A stretch of DNA of 59,667 nt, counting the filler, from Catajapyx aquilonaris (lineage: Eukaryota), in NCBI GenBank assembly GCA_000934665.2. It is 2 parts of 2 records of this genome, joined end to end, with 100 filler letters (N's around TTAATTAATTAA, not from the genome) between each part and the next. Parts side by side here need not be neighbours in the genome. Positions count along the whole stretch, not along the records: positions 1 to 29,789 come from JYFJ02004749.1; 1 more part is not named here. One strand, written 5' to 3'. Every line of letters begins with the position of its first letter. The stretch's first letter is position 1. Both the position numbers and the translations under genes were made by a program. Below, piece after piece: positions 1-11,835 of the stretch. The notes beneath the pieces were generated by a model. The model was not told where the DNA came from. It searched no databases and saw only the letters and a list, made by a program, of their open reading frames with translations.

Positions 1-528
1 ATTGCATTGGAGTATGAGGGAATATCGGGGCTGCCGGGTGTGGTAGGTGCGATTGGGGCATGCTCTGTAGCAGTGTTACTCACAAAGGGAAACAGGCGTG
101 GAGTTAAAACTGCCGTTGTTTTGCAAGGAACGTGTACTTCCAAGTTGATATTTACCAGCTGCGCATGTGGAGAACCAGGGAATACCAACATTTCAAGTGT
201 GTTGCAAGAATCAGATCTGTACCAGCACTCGAAAGAGATGTTGCCAGACAACCAGTACCATCTGGTTGGAAGCTGTGCTTACCCCCTCAAAGGCTGGCTT
301 TTGGTTCCGTTTGATGAGCAAGGACCAATCAACATGGAAGAAGTTGAGTACAACAACCAGCTTTCCAAAAGTTATGCTGAAATTGACTATGCCTTTGCCT
401 CTGTCAAGTCCAGATTTAAAAGGCTCAAATCTATGGTGCAATCAGATACAGAGAGTGCTTCAGATGTTATTATGAGTTGCTGCATTCTACATAATATGGA
501 GCTCAGAAGGAAGGGAATTTGCATGTAA
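1..528 (+). CDS. Harbinger/PIF transposase-derived protein (HARBI1/ALP1/DPLG-like, DDE_Tnp_4), C-terminal part; predicted catalytically inactive
   Basis: Frame is open from base 1 (IALEYEGISGLPGVVGAIG...) to TAA at 528. Motifs match Harbinger transposases: GxPGVxGAI, VLQxxC...F.....PG, HLVGxxAYPLxxWLLVPF, YNxxLSxxxxxIxxAFxxxKxRFxxL, CCILHN. AATAAA at 666-671. Confidence 0.85.
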   Translation: MALEYEGISGLPGVVGAIGACSVAVLLTKGNRRGVKTAVVLQGTCTSKLIFTSCACGEPGNTNISSVLQESDLYQHSKEMLPDNQYHLVGSCAYPLKGWLLVPFDEQGPINMEEVEYNNQLSKSYAEIDYAFASVKSRFKRLKSMVQSDTESASDVIMSCCILHNMELRRKGICM

Positions 529-1102
529 TGAGCACATGAGCACATGAAAAGAATGATTGTTAGTTGCTTTTGCCTGTAATTTAAGTTGATGTCAAATAAT
601 AACAGTTGTAAGTCAACCATTTTTAAAAGTGTGTATTGAACTGTTGTGTAGCCTAATAACAAGTCAATAAATGCAACTGAGCTATATTTTCCTTGAGCAA
701 CAGGAATCATGATGGTGTAGTGGTTAGACCACAGCCTTTCACCTTTGGAGTCCCATCTACATAGGCCTACCTGGTTTCATTTTTTTTTGAGTAGTGCACA
801 ACGGAGCAAAAATCTTGGTAAAAATCATGTGCAAGTCATGTTGTCCACAATAGCTTGCCATAAGCCCATAACTGACATCACAGATGCACTCTAGTCCAAA
901 TAAACAGTCAAGAAAGATATTTGTTGTCCAGAGAGTAATACAGGAAGGTACCTTTAGGAATGAAGTTGGCATAGGCTAGATATGTCATCTGTAGACTGTA
1001 CAGTACAGGCTATATTAGGTAACAATGCTCTTGTAAATGCCACCCAATTAAGTGAGGAATGTGACATTTTTGCTTTCAGCATTGCACGTATTACAAATTT
1101 AA

Positions 1103-1790
1103 ATGTGCATTTGTGGTGTCACTTGTCTCCATAAGATTTGGTATAAAACTGTACAGAGGATTTTTCGTCGGCATTTTGGGTTGGAACATCAAGACAACGT
1201 TCCAGACTACCAGACTATCAGAATGTGGGTGAAGAAGTTCCGGAGCAAAGCATCATGTATGAATGAGAAAAGTACTGGACGTCCAAGGACACAGGGGACC
1301 CCTCAACGAATCCAACAGGCAGGCAATGCTCTACTCCGAAGTCCTCGTCGATCGGCCGTCAGGTAAGCCTAGGCACTAAGAATGTCAGCTCACTCCCTGC
1401 GCCGAATCATCCATAGTGACCTGACTTTCACCCCTACAAGATGCAGGTCGGGCAAAGATTGAATGCAAGAGACAAAGTGGTCCGAAAAATCTTTGGCAAA
1501 GACTTTCTTGGGCGCGTTGCAGCAGATCCATAGAGAACGTGTGGCGGTGTGGTGCGGAATTGCATCCTTTGGCATCATAGGCCCTTACTTCTTTGAGCAC
1601 GCTCACGGTCGTGCCATTACAGTCAATAGATATCGCTAACGTTGAAATGTTGAACACCTTCCTCTTCCGGAGCTGGCCAACCGAAACCTACCACCGATAT
1701 GGTTCCAATAAGATGGGGCAACTGCCCATCCTGCCCGCTAGTCCATGGTCATCTCGTGACCTGCTTTCCCCGTATCCAGATTTGGGGACA
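1103..1790 (+). mobile_element. Degenerate Tc1/mariner-family transposase (DUF4817-type N-terminal HTH) relic
   Basis: YKTVQRIFRRHF...P...TIRMWVKKF...STGRPR...LRSPRRS, then in broken frames VWCGIASFGIIGPYFFE and WFQ*DGATAH; multiple stops and frameshifts. Confidence 0.8.
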
Positions 1791-3538
1791 TTCATCGGAT
1801 CATGCAGAGGATATAATGGATAGGATGATAGACAAAATGAATGACCATTATGAGTTACGAGTGACCTAAGGAACATGGAAATAGCGATGAATTTCCGTGG
1901 ACAAATATCGTGTTGCATATTGTTATACTCTTGTAGTCATATTTTCCATAACGGTTGAATTAAGAAGGCCAAGGCCAAGGCTCATGATCCATATGATGGG
2001 CCTGCTTCCTGATGAATTGGGCAGAGTCCGCTATAAAATACATGTCACTCTAATAAAATATATGTTTTCTACACATAAGTCATAATTTTGTTGTGGGAAT
2101 GAATGCTCAAGCTTTTCTTTTCACACCAAAATAGGATGATCTTGCTGAAAAATTGATTCACATAGCTGTGCATAAAATTCGTCTCGCATTTAGATGGTTG
2201 GAAAATAACACAGTATAATCTCTATAGGCTTTATTGCAGGCCACATATTGTAACAAAGTAAGCTCAAGAAATGAAGCTCAACAATAATTCAAAAAAATTA
2301 TCGGATCATCTCATATTTCTCAGCCCAATCAGGATCACCAGATGGGGATACGACCGTTTCTGGTGGGGAGGCCATGACTATATATTATTATACTGATTTG
2401 TAATATGCCTCTCAGTAAATTCCATCTCGATTAAAGATAAGTTTAATCCAGTTTTGTTAAAATCCCATTCCAGGCATTTAAGTGACAAGCCTGTCTTCAA
2501 TCCTGATTGCAGGGAATCCTCTCTGATATAGCCTTCATGCGATGCTAGATGATATGGGGATGCCTCTCCGAGTGGGGAAGGCATGCCCCATGAAGGATGG
2601 AGATGCCACAGGTCCAACTATTGGGATGTTACCGTCCCCAGTGGGGATGACACCACAGACCTAGCAGCTGCTTCTGGGCTTTCACCTGCAACATATGTAA
2701 TTAAATGTGAAATCAAATATCCTGTAGAGTGTATTACAGCCATAGAATTTACAGCAATAACTTATTGTAATGGTGATGTACTGGCGTAGAGTGGGTTTAG
2801 GACAGGGTGTAAGCACTGTAAGGGATGGTCGGATGGTCGGAGGTGCCGAACCATCACTATACGGGTTGGGGGCACATTCGGGCTACATCATTTATGGGAG
2901 GTTGATCGCGATGTCCTTTTAATTATACTGAATTCCTGCCTTACTAAGCAAAGGTTACAGGCAGCTACACACATCCGGAAACAACCACACACTGAACCAC
3001 CCAACTTTCTATATTCCCTTGAACTCGGTTGCACTCTGACCCCGGAACCTGCTGCCAGACATCTTCCTTGGAGCCGCCCGTACACCGTGCCCGTACAGTA
3101 CGTGTAGTATTAGTAAAATAAGCAGTCTAGAGATTACCGATCTTCTTTGGCAGTAATTACCCTTTCTTTGGAACAATGCTAAATGGAAGGAGTGTGCACA
3201 CAAAGCAAGATTACTGGTATTTGTCACCTGATTCCAACTGAGGCAGACAGACTAGGGAAGCATCACACATATGCTACCAAATGCCAATTATCATTCAACC
3301 AGTGTATAATTATGTTAGGCTCAAACCCCAAAAACGACATGAACAGGGACAAATCATGTAGATGCATGGCGCTCGCTGGAGCCGGAGGGGTTCCAGTTGA
3401 TACCGCAGGGTGCTGGTTCCGGTGCTGTTGACGTCAAACCACCTTATGGAATAAAGGGCATCAGTTGTGAATGCACTGGAGATACAGTGATATGAGAAAT
3501 TCACAAAAACCTTAAATGTTTCACTAGGAGAAGAGTAT

Positions 3539-3631
3539 TTTTTGCAATTTATTTATTTAGTTACCCCGTCTCAGGGCAGAGCCCTTTTGGGGGGACACTT
3601 TTATCATCACAATATACTACATCAGAGGTTA
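3539..3631 (-). mobile_element. Short 5'-truncated retroposon insertion
   Basis: 17-bp direct repeat CACTAGGAGAAGAGTAT at 3522-3538 and 3632-3648 flanks a 93-bp insert with a T-rich (minus-strand A-rich) end. Confidence 0.6.
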
Positions 3632-3973
3632 CACTAGGAGAAGAGTATGTATTCTCCAATGTAACTCAAAAGTATAATTCATTGCAAGTGCAGTACCATG
3701 ATACATGATTGTAAAACTACATTTTAGCCTTAATGAATGCACCACCAATCCTAATAACTTTTCAGAATTTATACTATTATTATTTCACCAAAACTGGCCC
3801 CAGGTCTGTTACTGCAAAACAGGATGTAAAACATTCTCAAAGATCAACACAATGGAGCTGTGAAGTGGCCTTCCATGTAAATCAGCCAGCTTTAGAATAA
3901 TCATTGCAGGCCTAATTGGAATATCCACCTCAACATGCACCTTCCATTTTAAAAGTGATGAAAATGTACTCAC

Positions 3974-4546
3974 CATGTCGGACAACAGAGTGGATATGGC
4001 CAGCCATCACTTCCACGCCAGCAGGGCTCAGATGCAGGCCATCCTTGGAGAGCAAGTGCCTCCATCCTTCATAGGCTGGCCACAGGTTGACATAGTGCAC
4101 ATCTGTGAACGAATGGCAGAGATCTTGCAGCACGCAGTTCAGGACCCATGCACGACCGTTCATCAGGTCCACTCGTGCAGTGTCCTTCTCCAAGTCCTTC
4201 TTGGGAAGAAAGAAGTTCAATCCCCTTGGCAAAATGGATGCAACATAAACCGTGCAATAGGGGTTGAGCTCTCGGATCCTGTAGATAAGAGCCCGATAGT
4301 GACCCAGACATTCTCTTTGGTCAGGTTGTTGTTGGTTCCAAGGTTGAGCCAAACAGACTCAGCACAAGGGACCAACTCCAACGCCTCCTCTGAGTGGAGA
4401 AAGTCCTGGACACGGTAGCCAGAGAAAGAGACAACACGGTCCACCCGCGACCATCCCTTCACCCTATCGAGGTACTTCACCTGCGTGTCTCCGCCAACCA
4501 GAACTCCCAAACACAACACTGACCTAGCTATCGATCTAAATGTACG
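3974..4546 (-). pseudogene. SGNH/GDSL-hydrolase-like domain (LINE ORF1 esterase type), frameshifted
   Basis: Blocks VLVGGDTQVK, SFSG and LNLGTNN in one frame, then VYVASILPR and LSKDGLHLSPAG in another; frame switch at ~4315-4330. Segment bounded by tttttctAG (4547-4548) and g|GTGAGT (3973). Confidence 0.75.
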
Positions 4547-4574
4547 CTAGAAAAATGAGTGATTTAACCTAGGC

Positions 4575-5040
4575 CAGAGATATTCAACTGGCGGACCGCG
4601 GTCCGGATCCGGACCGCGACGCAATTTTGTCCGGACCGCGACAATATACAGGACAGTTTGAAATAGCATGATAAATTACTCATTCGATTTTTTGGGGGAA
4701 AAAATGCTACCAATTTCATCAAATACACACCTATTCAAATCTCCCACATCTCACCTAAGCTCGTGTGACCTTGAACCCCCAAAAAATTTGTTCCCCGCCC
4801 TTTACGGCTTGTTCACCTTGTGCTTACGAAATGCCCCCCCCGGAAATTTTTCTGCCTACGCCCCTGTACAGGACATCATAAAGGGCGAAAATGTCTTAAT
4901 ATGACCTGTCTTGATAGGCCCTTCTACCCTTGCTGCACATGTTTATATTTTCGAATATGAACCCTGTGGTANGTCCGGACCTTCAATGGCCCAGGGAAGG
5001 TAAATACTGGACCTTGTCAGAAACTAGTTGAATACCCCTG
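4575..5040. mobile_element. hAT-type MITE
   Basis: TIRs CAGAGATATTCAACT / AGTTGAATACCCCTG; perfect 8-bp TSD ACCTAGGC (4567-4574, 5041-5048); subterminal CGGACCGCG palindromes. Confidence 0.9.
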
Positions 5041-5191
5041 ACCTAGGCTCTACTCTAGTAAAACTGCAACTTACAGTGTAAATAATCTTAGCCTTCAAAT
5101 GGAGATAAACGAAAAATTAGGCCTGTCTCCAGCAGCTGTGTGCAGCAATCCATGGACGTCCGAACGGCAGAATCTCGGTAGTGTAATAACT

Positions 5192-5590
5192 GTGTCCCAT
5201 CGTTCGCTAAAACGCCATCTTGTTCAAGGTGCAGCTCCTCTGGTAGGTACCGGTACAGTACCGTACCTAAAAGTACTAAAGTACTAAAACTGAGTACTAA
5301 ATTAAAATACTAAAACTAAGTAAAGTAAGGTTCTAACAACTAAGTACTAAAAGTACTATAGCAGCGGGTAGTCTGCTCGATCTTCCTTTCCTTCCGTAGA
5401 CTTACCACTTGAGTGCACCTTGAAAAATATGGCGGATAGCGAACAATGTAACGCCGTCAGCGCCAAATTCCCAGCCTGGCGGAGACACAGGCGTTAAACT
5501 ACCGTATCTATACAAATCGGGGGGATGCTCGGGGGGATGTGACCAGGGGCAGGGGGCTGGTCCTGAACCTAAATCCAAGATGGCAACTTG
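5192..5590. repeat. Dispersed repeat, same family as the insertion in SMC4 exon 2
   Basis: Colinear with ~34940-35170 (tcccatcgttcgctaa.acgccatcttgttcaaggtgca ... caccttgaaaaa.atggcggatagcgaac ... ttaaactaccgtatc), interrupted by an AGTACTAAA-rich tract at ~5270-5360. Confidence 0.8.
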
Positions 5591-6456
5591 CAAGGGGATC
5601 ATCCTGCTTGCCTACGTCAATGTCATGAACAAAAAAAAATTAGCCCCATATAATTATGACCTAAAGAACTTCCAGCTTCGTCCGCGCAACCGTCAGCGCC
5701 GCACCGTCCAATGACGTAGATACTGTCACGTCACATCCGGGGGCCCTCTTTTCTCCCTCTTCCGGACCGGCGGCATGCAGATGCCGCAGACCTGCCCACG
5801 TCTCCTGCTTCCGTGTGCCTGCGATGCGATCGAGACCGAGCTCGCCTATGGCAGGACCCCCTACCACCCAGCATACAGTTGAAGGCACGCCATCGTCTGT
5901 GCAAGATCCACTTGACCACTTTCGAGAAGAAGACGTTATTCTAAGGAGATTATTTAAACGGAATGTGGAAAGCTCCTGGATAGTGGTCGAGGTTAGTAGG
6001 ATCATTAGGTAATTACAAGCCGTACACCCAAAATATTGGGCCATCCCAAAAGAATAAGTGGAGTTTTGTATAGGATATGAACAAAATGTTTGGGTGTATA
6101 CACTCTAGGGCAAAGTTAGTTAATGAATGAAAATGTGATGGAACAGTGAATTATTTTAGGTCTCAGTCAAAGGTGTTATAATAAATAAATGCACTTTAAT
6201 GTGACATGGTATGTGACAAAATGACATAGGTACCTATGTTACATGTTAAAAGTGTATTTCAAGAAACTTTTTCATATCATTATTATTTTCGTTTTATCAT
6301 TGTTTTTATTGATCGTATTGTTTGCAGCATATGTCCTTACTGACTTGGTTGTCTGTTAAAGATGAAGTGGACTGTCCACGAAGCAAATTAATGTTAAAGG
6401 GGCATGAAGGGCGACCTATGGTGAACAGCTTGCACCGGCTTGCACCATGTAGGCTA

Positions 6457-7423
6457 CAAGGGTCGTTCATGAAGTTCGCGCCTTTGGGTTGAAGGAAATG
6501 AGAGAAACGCCTCTACATAATAATAATGATGCTCTGGTGCCCCTTATGCCATTGGTACATGGCTTATGGTAGAGTTTTGATACACCCTGTATAAACTCTG
6601 CAAAGCCACACATTTTTCCCAGCGATGCACGACTTGTGGGAGACCATTATTGCCGAAGTCGACACTTTGCGCTTGAAAAAAGTTTTCAGCCTCGGTAAGG
6701 CTATAAGGAAATGTTGGCGATGTTCCTCTCCGAAGATGGCAATTTTTTCAACCGACTCAGCATCATTGACGAATCTTGGATGTATACCACTACGACCTAG
6801 ATACCAAATTACAAAACAAGCAGTGGAAACACTAGGAACTCTCCGCCGCCGAAGAAGTCCAGGATGCAGCCATCATCTGGAGAGGTTATGCTCATTGTTG
6901 TGTCTTTTTAATTCCCGCGGATTTATCAGGACTAATTAGGCACGAAAAGGTCATACCATCACAGTGCAGTATTATCAAGACCTCCTGTAAAAGCTGCATC
7001 ACCAGATCAAGAGGAAGAGACGAGGAATGGCGACGCAAGGTGTTCACGACAACGCACCTGCCATTCTGCCCATGCAACTGTGGCACTTGCTGGTCAGTTG
7101 GGGTACATTGTACAATATTCTGCCCCATCCACCGTATTCCCCGGACCTCGCCCCTGGAAACCTCTTCCTCTTTCACCACTTGAAGCAAGCACTGTGTGAG
7201 AAGCATTTTGAAAGCAACGGGGGGTGAACACAGAGGTTGAAAACAATTTTCAAGCAAGTGTCGACTTCTACAATGATGGTGTCCCGCAGGTCGTGAATCA
7301 CTGGGGAAAATGTGTGGCTTTGCAGAGTTCATATAGACAGAAGGACTAATACATGTGTGCTATTTTAACAGTTTCTCTCATTGCCTTCAACCCAATGGCG
7401 CGAACATTTATGAACTCCCTTCG
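6457..7423 (+). mobile_element. Mariner element, internally deleted and degenerate
   Basis: ~55-bp TIRs (caagggtcgttcatgaagttcgcgcc / ggcgcgaacatttatgaactcccttcg), TA at left; remnants IDESW, VHDNAPA, LPHPPYSPDLAP, LFHHLK. Confidence 0.9.
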
Positions 7424-8733
7424 CATACCCACGTTCTGAGGACAAGTACTGTACCTCACAGGAGGAGATATGGGCCGTCATGTGCTCTCGTAACGTATCG
7501 GAGCCAGGAAGGGTATTGGAGCCCGTATGTTTGTGGCCTTTCCTCATAAGCCAGAACGTTCGTGGCCAGAACCCACACATGGGCATTACTAAGTTCGGGG
7601 AAATTAGCGCGGGTAGTAAGTATTACAACTTCTAGTGGCCCAGAGTCGATTGCGAGTATTCTGCACTGGGCGCGATTCATGGTTTGAAGCTGTTTGAACC
7701 ATGGTTTGAAGGTTTGAAGTCTCACGGCCTAGGTGAAGGTTAGATTTTTGAATTGGCATTCTGGGAGGATTCGATGCATGCGGATAGGTGCTTCGATCGA
7801 TGGCATCGACGCGATGTGCTTCTCTTCGGTCTGAACCCTGCTGCACTGGGAGCCGCCTGTGGTTGAAACTATGGAGATTCCATGTAATGTAGACACCCTG
7901 TAGATTTGAAACTGTAAATGAATTTTGACTATTATTGTTGAATTCGAAGAAAAAAACTTTTAACAAGAGGAGCTCCAATACTGTATAATGCTACTCAATA
8001 GCCTACTATATCACCATTGACTGTGTAACTACTGCAGTTACACAAAATGCTTTAGTTGATATTCATTTTACTTAGACTTCGTACCTTACTATTCTGTTTA
8101 TTGCGAACTTTCCAACACCGCATTTAATTTGCAGGTAGCCCCCGTTTTACTTAAGTCTTCTGTAATACTATTGGCCTGGTTACTAATTAATAATTATTAT
8201 CACTGGTACTTTTGACTCATGGAAGATGCAGCCATTCGTGGGAGGACTAGTGAATTATTTTTTTTTAATTCAAAATGTATTACTATTATGGACAGAGCTC
8301 TTAATTAATCCGGTTGTGAACAATACAAATGGCCCACTCTCACAGTCTAATGTCCGTAAAATTAAATGGCACAGAAACGGTGGCAGGTGGTAGGTACAGT
8401 ACAGTACAGTACATGGTGGGTTCTGTCAATGCCAATTGTTCCAATGGACCATTCCTAATCAAAATATATACTTTGCAGTTCAGAGCTTGAATGGATCATT
8501 CAGTTCGGAGTAATATTAGTATCCAATATTTTGATAACCAATAAAATAACTGCTATAAATAAACTACTATATAGTGCCAACAAATAGCCACAGCAGTCGG
8601 ACAAGACAGTATTTTGTACCACCCTGCATGCTGGGGCTGCAACAATGCTGAGATGTACTGTACAGTAGGCTCATATTAATATGTAGCATGTCGTCTATTT
8701 TAACAAGCCTAAATGACTATTCAGAATACTTAT

Positions 8734-8784
<51 letters not shown>
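8734..8784. repeat. (ACA)n microsatellite
   Basis: About 17 trinucleotide units seen directly. Confidence 0.95.
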
Positions 8785-9308
8785 CCATCACGACATTTCC
8801 CTATAAGGGGTAGTCAGCGATGACGGGAGCCACAAGCTAACCCAAAAAATGAACTAAATTAAAACTTGTAAAAATAAACCTATAAACAACCTGTCCCATC
8901 CTATTATGAAATTCCTTGCCTACACAGTATTTAGCTCAGCCAGCAGGAGACAGCGATATGTTGGTTGCATGAAACCACTTGATTATTATTGATTAAACCT
9001 GTAGTCGTTAAGGCTGGAGGAAGTAGAGTTAGGAAATTTCCTGGCACCTACGCCAACCCAATTATTATTATTCTTCTTGACGTGGCAATTTTTTAGTTTC
9101 GTCGCAACTATACTGTAAATAGTGTAAAAGCTTCTAACATATTCACTATATGAACATTATAACTGTAGCATCTACTACAGTTCAAGCCCAACGAAGGGCA
9201 ATTTATTAAATAACGAGTTGTATAAATACTGTACACAGGATTTGAGACATCACATCAGGAAGTTCCCTGCCAGACACAAAATTATTGAAGCCTAGAATGG
9301 GCTGAACA

Positions 9309-11835
9309 TCAAAGAGGACTGAGAGACTCCTCAGTGAGCGTTTCTTCCGTAGAACTGACTGCCGGTGTATTTGTTGAAGACCCACATCCAGGACAAGGAG
9401 CTGATGATACCTGGCTGCCGCTTACTCCACCTTGACAGTTGCAATCTGAGGAAAGCCAAACATGTAGACTCCAGATGAGCGTGTGATATAGGTTCGATAT
9501 GGATCGAGTCTTCTATAGCTTGAAGATTCGTCGAGTCAAAATATTTTCGAGGAATATAATAATAAAGGCACCCCCATTCATAGGCAGACAAAATATGGAC
9601 AATCGATGGGTGACTTTATTGGTCGAAACATGTTACACTTCCGATAGAAGAAGCGTTGGTGAGGGATTAATGGGTGCGGGATATATCTACTTTTCGGTAT
9701 ACCCTGTCTTCTCCTGGAAGCTTCCCACTCTGATATGTGATTCTAACTAAGGCAGTGATTCCATCAGTAATTTTGTACATCAAATTCAGTCTAAATACGT
9801 AATTGCGAGATAGCAGGATTCTCGCATATATAACGAACATTATTTGAAGTACCAATACCGGTACATCGTACTAAATACATTTGAACTAAATTATATGGCG
9901 GCAACGTTAGTGCATGCGAAATGGATTTGTTATATCAGTATTACGAAGTTTCTATACCGAATACACAGCCGCGAGCTGTCCACAGATGTTCCAAGACTTT
10001 CTCTCTCAGGGCTCGAATTCCTTCCTTTGGCAGTTCTGCTGGTGACACGTGCCCACATGGCTCTTTCTTCATGCGGATGATGCAATCCAAGAATTCCTGC
10101 ATGATAAGAAAAGGAATTTAATAATTTTCCTGTAAGTTGTTTTGTAGGGTGCAAGTGCTATACAGTACCCTTCGTATTATGCATCGTTCTTCCATTGGTG
10201 GCATCGTTTCACTGAATGCGTCCACTACAGGTCTTCCGCAGATTTCCAGAGATCGATAGCCACAAGTTTCTGTAAAGAAGAATTAGTTTTATCCGTGGTT
10301 GATCTCCAGGTCGTACAAGTTTGAAAAATACTAGGTTCTACACTGGCATCACAGATTCATGCCATTTTTTTCCAAATATAGCCTGCAGCAAATGTTAATA
10401 GCTTTTCCAAAGAAGATAGGAAACAGCCCCCAACATAATCGATCGAACAAACCGGATGTGAGAAATAAATATACACTACACAGAATCACGTAATTATCTC
10501 AGACTTGAGCAAGTGACTTTCTCTATGCGAGTATGCAGAACAATAGTGTTGTTGACCTTCAAGTATGTGTATAATGGCAGTACTTTGCAATCCTCTGCAA
10601 TAATATCGTACTATGACACACTACTTAGCACTTTCACGATGTGACTTGCTTCTCCCATAAACAGTTCAGTACTGACTAATAATGTGGCTAATAATAATTC
10701 ATATACCGGTACCCTACAGCCAGGTCCAATTAAGTGTGACTTGGGCGTATATTATGTCCGCGATTGTGTATGGATAATATTATTTGGAAACAACTGGTCG
10801 GGATTGTTTATACGATTTGGTCTGCATCAATCAACAGCAGATACTGTACAGTTAGTTATGCACGTTTAGACATCAACAAAAGCAATTAACAGTAAAATAG
10901 AATAGTTATAACAATACAATACTGTACTGTAATAATAGGCATATATACATATACCAATGTAGTTTAATATGCCGGTACGAATTATTCATGTTTAGACGTC
11001 AACAAAAACAATTACTGTAGCAATAAAAGGATACTGTAGTTGTTATAGGCCCTACTGTAATCAGTACAGTATGTGGTATAAAAATACATGCTGGATTTCT
11101 AAAATTTTATTTTCATCACGTAAGTTGATCTGTGGAGACCGTTGCAAGCCAAATTGTATAGCCAACTATATGCTTATTAGTATCCGGTTTGTCCTTGAAA
11201 AAATTCGGATTTCCCAAAAGTTTCTCTCAGAAGCTACATTTTATATGCACTTACACTATTATGTGAAAATGAGTTCCAGGGACTTGCGCATACTAAGATT
11301 ATTATCAGGATGCCTTTAGGGAACCAGCATAAAATTGCCTACAATCTCCAACCCAGCAATAACGTCGACCTTGGTACGGTCCTACATCCAAAAAAGACAA
11401 GCGCGGACTGAATACGAAAGGACCTTACCATTACGGCTTTTTTCCATCTTCTCCGACTTGTCCTGGACAGCCCGTGGTTTTCCCTCATTGCTCAAAACAC
11501 TCCTTCCTCTGCAAAAAAAAGAGAGAGAGAAATAGTTACGAAACCATAGATCAAAACGCGGATGTCGCTTCTTCCTTTCCGAAGAAGGCTGACATCCATT
11601 CCGAGAATACCAAGTCAGTTTTTTTGCGGTCTCTTTATACGTACGCCAGACAATAGAAAGCGTAGTGCCCTAATTCCTTTTCATTGAGAAATCTCTTATC
11701 AACAACCTGACTGTACCTGTCGATGTGATGAATTGCATTTTGTATAGGCTGCTGTCCAGTGGTGGTGTTAGGTACGGCTTGTACCGTACTGTAGATACAG
11801 ACAACCAGGAGCAGGGTGTACGTGAGTGTCTTCAT
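9309..11835 (-). CDS. Uncharacterised secreted cysteine-rich protein, 5 coding exons, 191 aa
   Basis: Exons 11835-11717, 11508-11429, 10269-10169, 10096-9958, 9445-9309; all introns GT-AG with pyrimidine tracts and compatible phases (2,1,0,1). Protein: MKTLTYTLLLVVCIYSTVQA-VPNTTTGQQPIQNAIHHIDRGRSVLSNEGKPRAVQDKSEKMEKSRNETCGYRSLEICGRPVVDAFSETMPPMEERCIIRREFLDCIIRMKKEPCGHVSPAELPKEGIRALREKVLEHLWTARGCVFDCNCQGGVSGSQVSSAPCPGCGSSTNTPAVSSTEETLTEESLSPL*. Signal peptide ends VQA; minus-strand AATAAA at 9202-9207. Confidence 0.8.

Noticed and set aside
3974..4546. oskar (OSK domain is SGNH-like)
   Set aside because: Retains DGLH and GTN motifs typical of LINE-type esterases; no LOTUS domain seen.
5661..6044. 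GC-rich ORFs as the Myb/SANT partner of the Harbinger gene
   Set aside because: No Trp-spaced Myb/MADF motif recognised in the frames I examined.
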